The notes below the pieces were generated by a model, which worked only from the letters and a program-made list of their open reading frames with translations, did not search any database and had not been told where the DNA came from. 52,805 nucleotides of DNA from Torpedo marmorata (taxonomy: Eukaryota), in assembly GCA_977017645.1 (NCBI GenBank), contig OZ360241.1, forward strand, positions 52,525,196 to 52,578,000, read 5' to 3'. Within the stretch, counting starts at the first letter, position 1. Each line of letters starts with the position of its first letter. Positions 48,806-52,805 of this stretch are shown here, one piece after another. The translations under genes and the position numbers were made by a program.

Positions 48806-49039
48806 ACGAGCTTCTTTTTTCCCCTTCCCAGTTCTGACAAAGTGTCTTTGACCTGATATAACTCTGCTTCTCTTCCCACAGATGAAGCTCGACCTGCTGC
48901 GTATGTCCAGCAATATTTCTATGATAAGAGTACATGTGCCTGAGGAAGTTGGTGTCAAAATAATGGCAGCCGGTTGGGTGCTGAAGAGACAAAAAATGAA
49001 CTAGCTGAGTTAATGGAGAACAAGGATTAACAATGCTAT

Positions 49040-49906
49040 TGATGAGCCCATCAATAACTTCAAAAGACTAGAAGTTGTACTTTTTTAAAAAAATATTTTA
49101 TTTAAAATTTTTAAATCACAAAATACATAAAATAAAATATGAAATTATCAAAATATTTGTGATACATTTTCACCCCCCCTCCCCTCCCCTCCCCAACCCT
49201 CCCAACCCCACTAATCTAATAAAAATAAAAATATAAAATAAAAATAGAAAAAGAAGAAGAAAAAAGAAAGAAAAAGATAGAGTAAGGAGAATGCCAATCT
49301 AAAAAAAAAACATACATCTATAAACTAATTCTATTATGGAGGTCAAGTATGCCAGTAGATCCGATATCCAGAGATCTTCAAATCCTTAAACCAACAACTT
49401 TCATATGGGCTCCAAATTTTTAAGAAAAAATGATATTTGTTACGTAAATTATAAGTAATTTTTTCAAGTGGTATACACGAACGAAGTTCTGCATGCCATC
49501 TTTCTAATCCTAAATCTAAATCAGATTTCCAAGTAATAGCAATACATTTCTTTGAAACAGCTAAAGCAATTCGCAACAATTCTATTTGATACATGTTTAA
49601 TTTCATCTTGATACTAAATTTTCTAATATCTCCGAACAAAAATATCATAGGAAATGTAATCTTAAATACTTTATCTAAAAATTTTTTAACTTTCAACCAG
49701 TAGAAGTTGTACTTGAACTGAAAGGCTTTTATTAGCAAAAGAATGGAGTCACATCCATGCTGGTGATCTGTCCCGGACTGGGGGAGGAGTGGTGGCACAA
49801 TCGCCTTTATTCAGGGGGTCTGTGGGAGGAGCCACCGGGACAGTCAGCAGAGGGGCATGCCCAGACATATCACCCAGCCACCGCCTACACAAAGTGGTTT
49901 ACCACA
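49040..49906 (-). mobile_element. Solo LTR (TG...CA) interrupted by an L1/Tx1 fragment
   Basis: Begins TGATG and ends ACCACA; 5-bp TSD gctat (49035-49039, 49907-49911); AATAAA on the minus strand near 49730. Confidence 0.75.
49083..49700 (-). mobile_element. L1/Tx1-type LINE 3' fragment
   Basis: Very similar to 23453-24035; 14-bp TSD tagaagttgtactt (49069-49082, 49701-49714). Confidence 0.92.
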
Positions 49907-50289
49907 GCTATACTTTAAAAAGAAAACTTTAAAGTTGCTGGACAAATATTTACAATTAAAATTATACATTGCTTCTGAGCTTCATAGGAGGTTAAGAAGA
50001 CAAATAAAACTGAAAAACTTGCAAAGTCCTTTTGAGAATGGGCGTGGATCGGAGGATGGCCCAATGTAATCTCCTTTTACAATAAGAGGTTTCATGCTAA
50101 CCTCAGTAATTATAGACCAATTTGGTTTGCATATGCAATTAGGAAAATATTGGAATCTTTAATTATAACCAAAACAAAGAAATAGCTGACTGAAGATAAA
50201 ATAATTAAAGGCAGCCCAAATGGATTGAAAAGGGAAGATTATGTTTGACATCCTTGATAAATCTGTGATGTATTCCCAAGTTCTTCCAC

Positions 50290-50925
50290 ATTTCTTTGTT
50301 TGTTCATAAATCAAAGTATTGAATATAGGAGCTGGGATGTTATGGTAAAATTGCATAAGACATTGGTGAGGCCAAATTTGGTGCATTGTGTGCAGTTTTG
50401 GTCACCTAACTACAGGAAAGATATCAATAAGATAGAAAGAGTGCAGAGAAGATTTACTAGGATGTTGCCCCGACTTCAGGAACTGAGCTACAGGGAAAGG
50501 TTAAACAGGTTAGGACATTATTCCCTGGAGCGTAGAAGAATGAGGGGAGATTTGATAGAGGTATTTAAAATTATGAAGGGGATAGACAGAGTAAATGTTG
50601 ATAGGCTTTTTCCACTGAGGGTAGGTGAGATACTAACCAGAGGACATGGGTTAAGAGTGAAAGGGGAAAAGTTTAGGGGGAACGTGAGGGGGAACTTCGT
50701 CACACAGAGAGTGGTGGGAGTGTGGAACGAGCTGCCAGCTGAGGTGGTGAATACGGGCTCAATTTTAACATTTAAGAAGAATTTTAACAGGTACATGGAT
50801 GTGAGAGGTATGGAGGGCTATGGACTGGGTGCAGGTCAGTGGGACTAGGCAAGAAAATGGTTCGGCACAGACTAGAAGGGCCAAGGGGCCTGTTTCTGTG
50901 CTGTAGTGTTCTATGGTTCTATGGT
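50290..50925 (+). mobile_element. CR1 LINE 3' fragment (young)
   Basis: ORF 50300-50848: LHKTLVRPNL..CVQFWSP..IERVQRRFTRM..RRMRGDLIEVFKI..QRVVGVWNELP; tail (ttctatgg)n. Confidence 0.93.
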
Positions 50926-51069
50926 TTACATGTGTACGTTGAGTACAGTTTTTTTTGCACTATCATTAAGTGGTAATTCTGCCTCAACCGCAGGCAAAAG
51001 AATCTGAGGGTTGTATGTGATGTCATGTAGGTACTCTGACAATAAATCTGAAATCTGAATCTGAATCTG
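50926..51069 (+). mobile_element. Rex1/Babar 3' UTR tail
   Basis: Matches 48673-48805, ending aataaatctg(aatctg)n. Confidence 0.8.
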
Positions 51070-51124
51070 ACCCCCTTCCTTCACTTCCCCATTCCAACTT
51101 TAGCTGAGACATAGAATAAATGAG

Positions 51125-51990
51125 TAGGGAGATGATGGTACAATGATAAAATCTTGGTTAGGCCACATATTGGAATACTGTGTATAATTTGGGTCACCAT
51201 ACTCTAGGAAGGATGTGATTACACTGGAGAGGGTGCAGAGGAGCCCTGGACATTGCCTGGGGTGGAGAATTTCAGTTATAATGAAAGGCTGAAAAGATTG
51301 GGGTTGTTTTCCTCGGAGCAGAGGAGACTTAATGGGGGACCTGATAGAGGAACATAAAATTATGAGTTGGATTGATATGGTAGATAGCAGAAGTATATAA
51401 AACTAGAGAGAATATGCTTAAGGTAAGGGATAAAAGGTTTAGTAGTAATTTGAGGAAGATTTTTTTTTCACCGGGAGAAAAAATGGAACCTGGAGCCAGG
51501 GCCGGCACTACCATTAGGCCAACTAGGCAGCCGCCTAGGGCGCAGATCTCAGAGGGTCGCTGTTGAAGAGAGATTCCAACAGCTCCGGCACCTCTGCATC
51601 ATGAATGACGTGGTTCTGACTAACACGCTATATGCACGCGGGTTAATCTGGGAAGGCGGAGGGAGGAAGTGGTACAGCGCAGGTCGAACGTCACATCAGG
51701 TATTGCACCCATCGATCAGTCTGGTCAGCACCCCACCCCCCCCTCCCCCCACGCTCACCCGGCCTAGGGCGCAAAATAGTCTGGCACCGGTTATGCCTGG
51801 AGCACACACCCCGAGTCAGTGGTTGAGGTATGCGCTCTCACAACATTTAAGAAGAATTTTTATGAGCACGAATTGCCAATACATGGAAGGCTATGGACAA
51901 AGTGGTAAATGGCATTAGCATAGAAAGATGCTGGATGGTGAGTACGGACCTGATGGGTTGAAGGGCCTGTATCTGCGCTGGAAGATTCTA
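51125..51990 (+). mobile_element. Older CR1 3' fragment interrupted by a hAT-type MITE
   Basis: LVRPH..EYCV.FGSP..LERVQR..RRLNGGP-like remnants; ends gggttgaagggcctgtatctgcgctg. Confidence 0.75.
51497..51795. mobile_element. Non-autonomous hAT-like element
   Basis: Perfect 8-bp TSD cctggagc (51489-51496, 51796-51803); imperfect termini CAGGGCCGG / CCGGTTATG; subterminal gcctagggcgca repeated near both ends. Confidence 0.7.
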
Positions 51991-52440
51991 CACACCTGAC
52001 CAGTAAGTATCAGTCTTGTCAGTGCCACCCATGCATGGATTAAAAAAATAGTTCGGGCTGCAGATCTAATTATATAAGATTTGTGAAGTGTGTCAATTGC
52101 CTGCTGAAAAATTTTACTACCTTAAAGAAGGACGGTTTCTATCAGCTTAAGGGACCGTGTTATGAAGTTATTCCTGGTAACATTGTTTGTTCCATGCTCT
52201 CAGTTCATTTCAAGATTGACTGCCACAATTAAAGCTGTATTCATCTGATTCCCCATTTCAACTCAATCATGGGATGGCAGTGAGACACAACTCTGGAGAA
52301 CATTCCGGAAGGACCTGGAATAAATTGCAGCATCCAATTGTCTTACAAGCTTCAGAGGATGTCAACTGCTCCAAGTGATTTCTGTTTTGGGGAAATAGAG
52401 GTAAAATCTTTGGACTGGGTTTGTTTGCTTGGACTACACA

Positions 52441-52690
52441 GGGCAGCACGGTTGGCGTAGCTGTTAGCGTAATGCCTTTACAGTGCCAGCAATCGGGACC
52501 GGGGTTCGAATCCCACGTTGTCTGTAAGGAGTTTGTACGTTCTCCCTGTGTCTGTGTGGGTTTTCCCCGGGGACTCTGGTTTCCTTCCACCATTCAAAAC
52601 GTAGCGGGGGTGTAGGTTAATTGGGCGTCACGGACTCGTGGGCCGAATCGGCCTGTTACCGTGCTGTATGTCTAAATAAATAAATAAAAT
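52441..52690 (+). mobile_element. V-SINE, full length
   Basis: Same family as 11965-12232, with a (taaa)n tail. Confidence 0.92.
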
Positions 52691-52772
52691 CTAAAAGTGG
52701 AAACCTAACCCTAACCCCAACCCTAATGCTAGAGGTAGTGGGATCGTTCCCGCATTCTCCATTTATATTTTG

Positions 52773-52805
52773 GACAGCGCGGTTAGCGTAGCGGTTAGCG
52801 CAATG
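52773..52805 (+). mobile_element. Start of another V-SINE, cut by the window end
   Basis: ggacagcgcggttagcgtagcggttagcgcaatg matches the SINE 5' end. Confidence 0.75.

Overview
Eukaryotic, repeat-rich vertebrate DNA. The repeat inventory (V-domain tRNA-SINEs with CR1-type tails, CR1, Rex1/Babar, L1/Tx1, Penelope) suggests a cartilaginous fish; this is inferred and the species cannot be determined. The only host gene I can support is the 3' part of an ephrin-A gene, most likely efna2, on the + strand. It has a 66-nt internal exon (11184-11249, SPHPNIVGKPCLKLKVYVRPT) and a last coding exon (25738-25853) ending in a GPI-type hydrophobic tail. Neither exon appears in the supplied ORF track, and the upstream exons lie outside the window. 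Almost all long ORFs in the track are retroelement fragments or artefacts of tandem repeats. The most striking feature is an 805-bp insertion (6222-7026) with a 14-bp target-site duplication, in the intron upstream of the 66-nt exon. It carries eight sense-strand minimal type-I hammerhead-ribozyme motifs: six short tandem units plus two 151-nt direct repeats around a 116-nt spacer. Helix III is reduced to the palindrome ACGU, so the motif could only fold as a dimer. Related hairpin elements and a decayed Penelope GIY-YIG element elsewhere in the window point to a Penelope origin. Also present are a 370-bp inverted duplication, several MITEs, a Chapaev3-like transposon remnant, a Gypsy relic, nested insertions and a possible very long 3' UTR. 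All family assignments come from motif recognition, not database searches.
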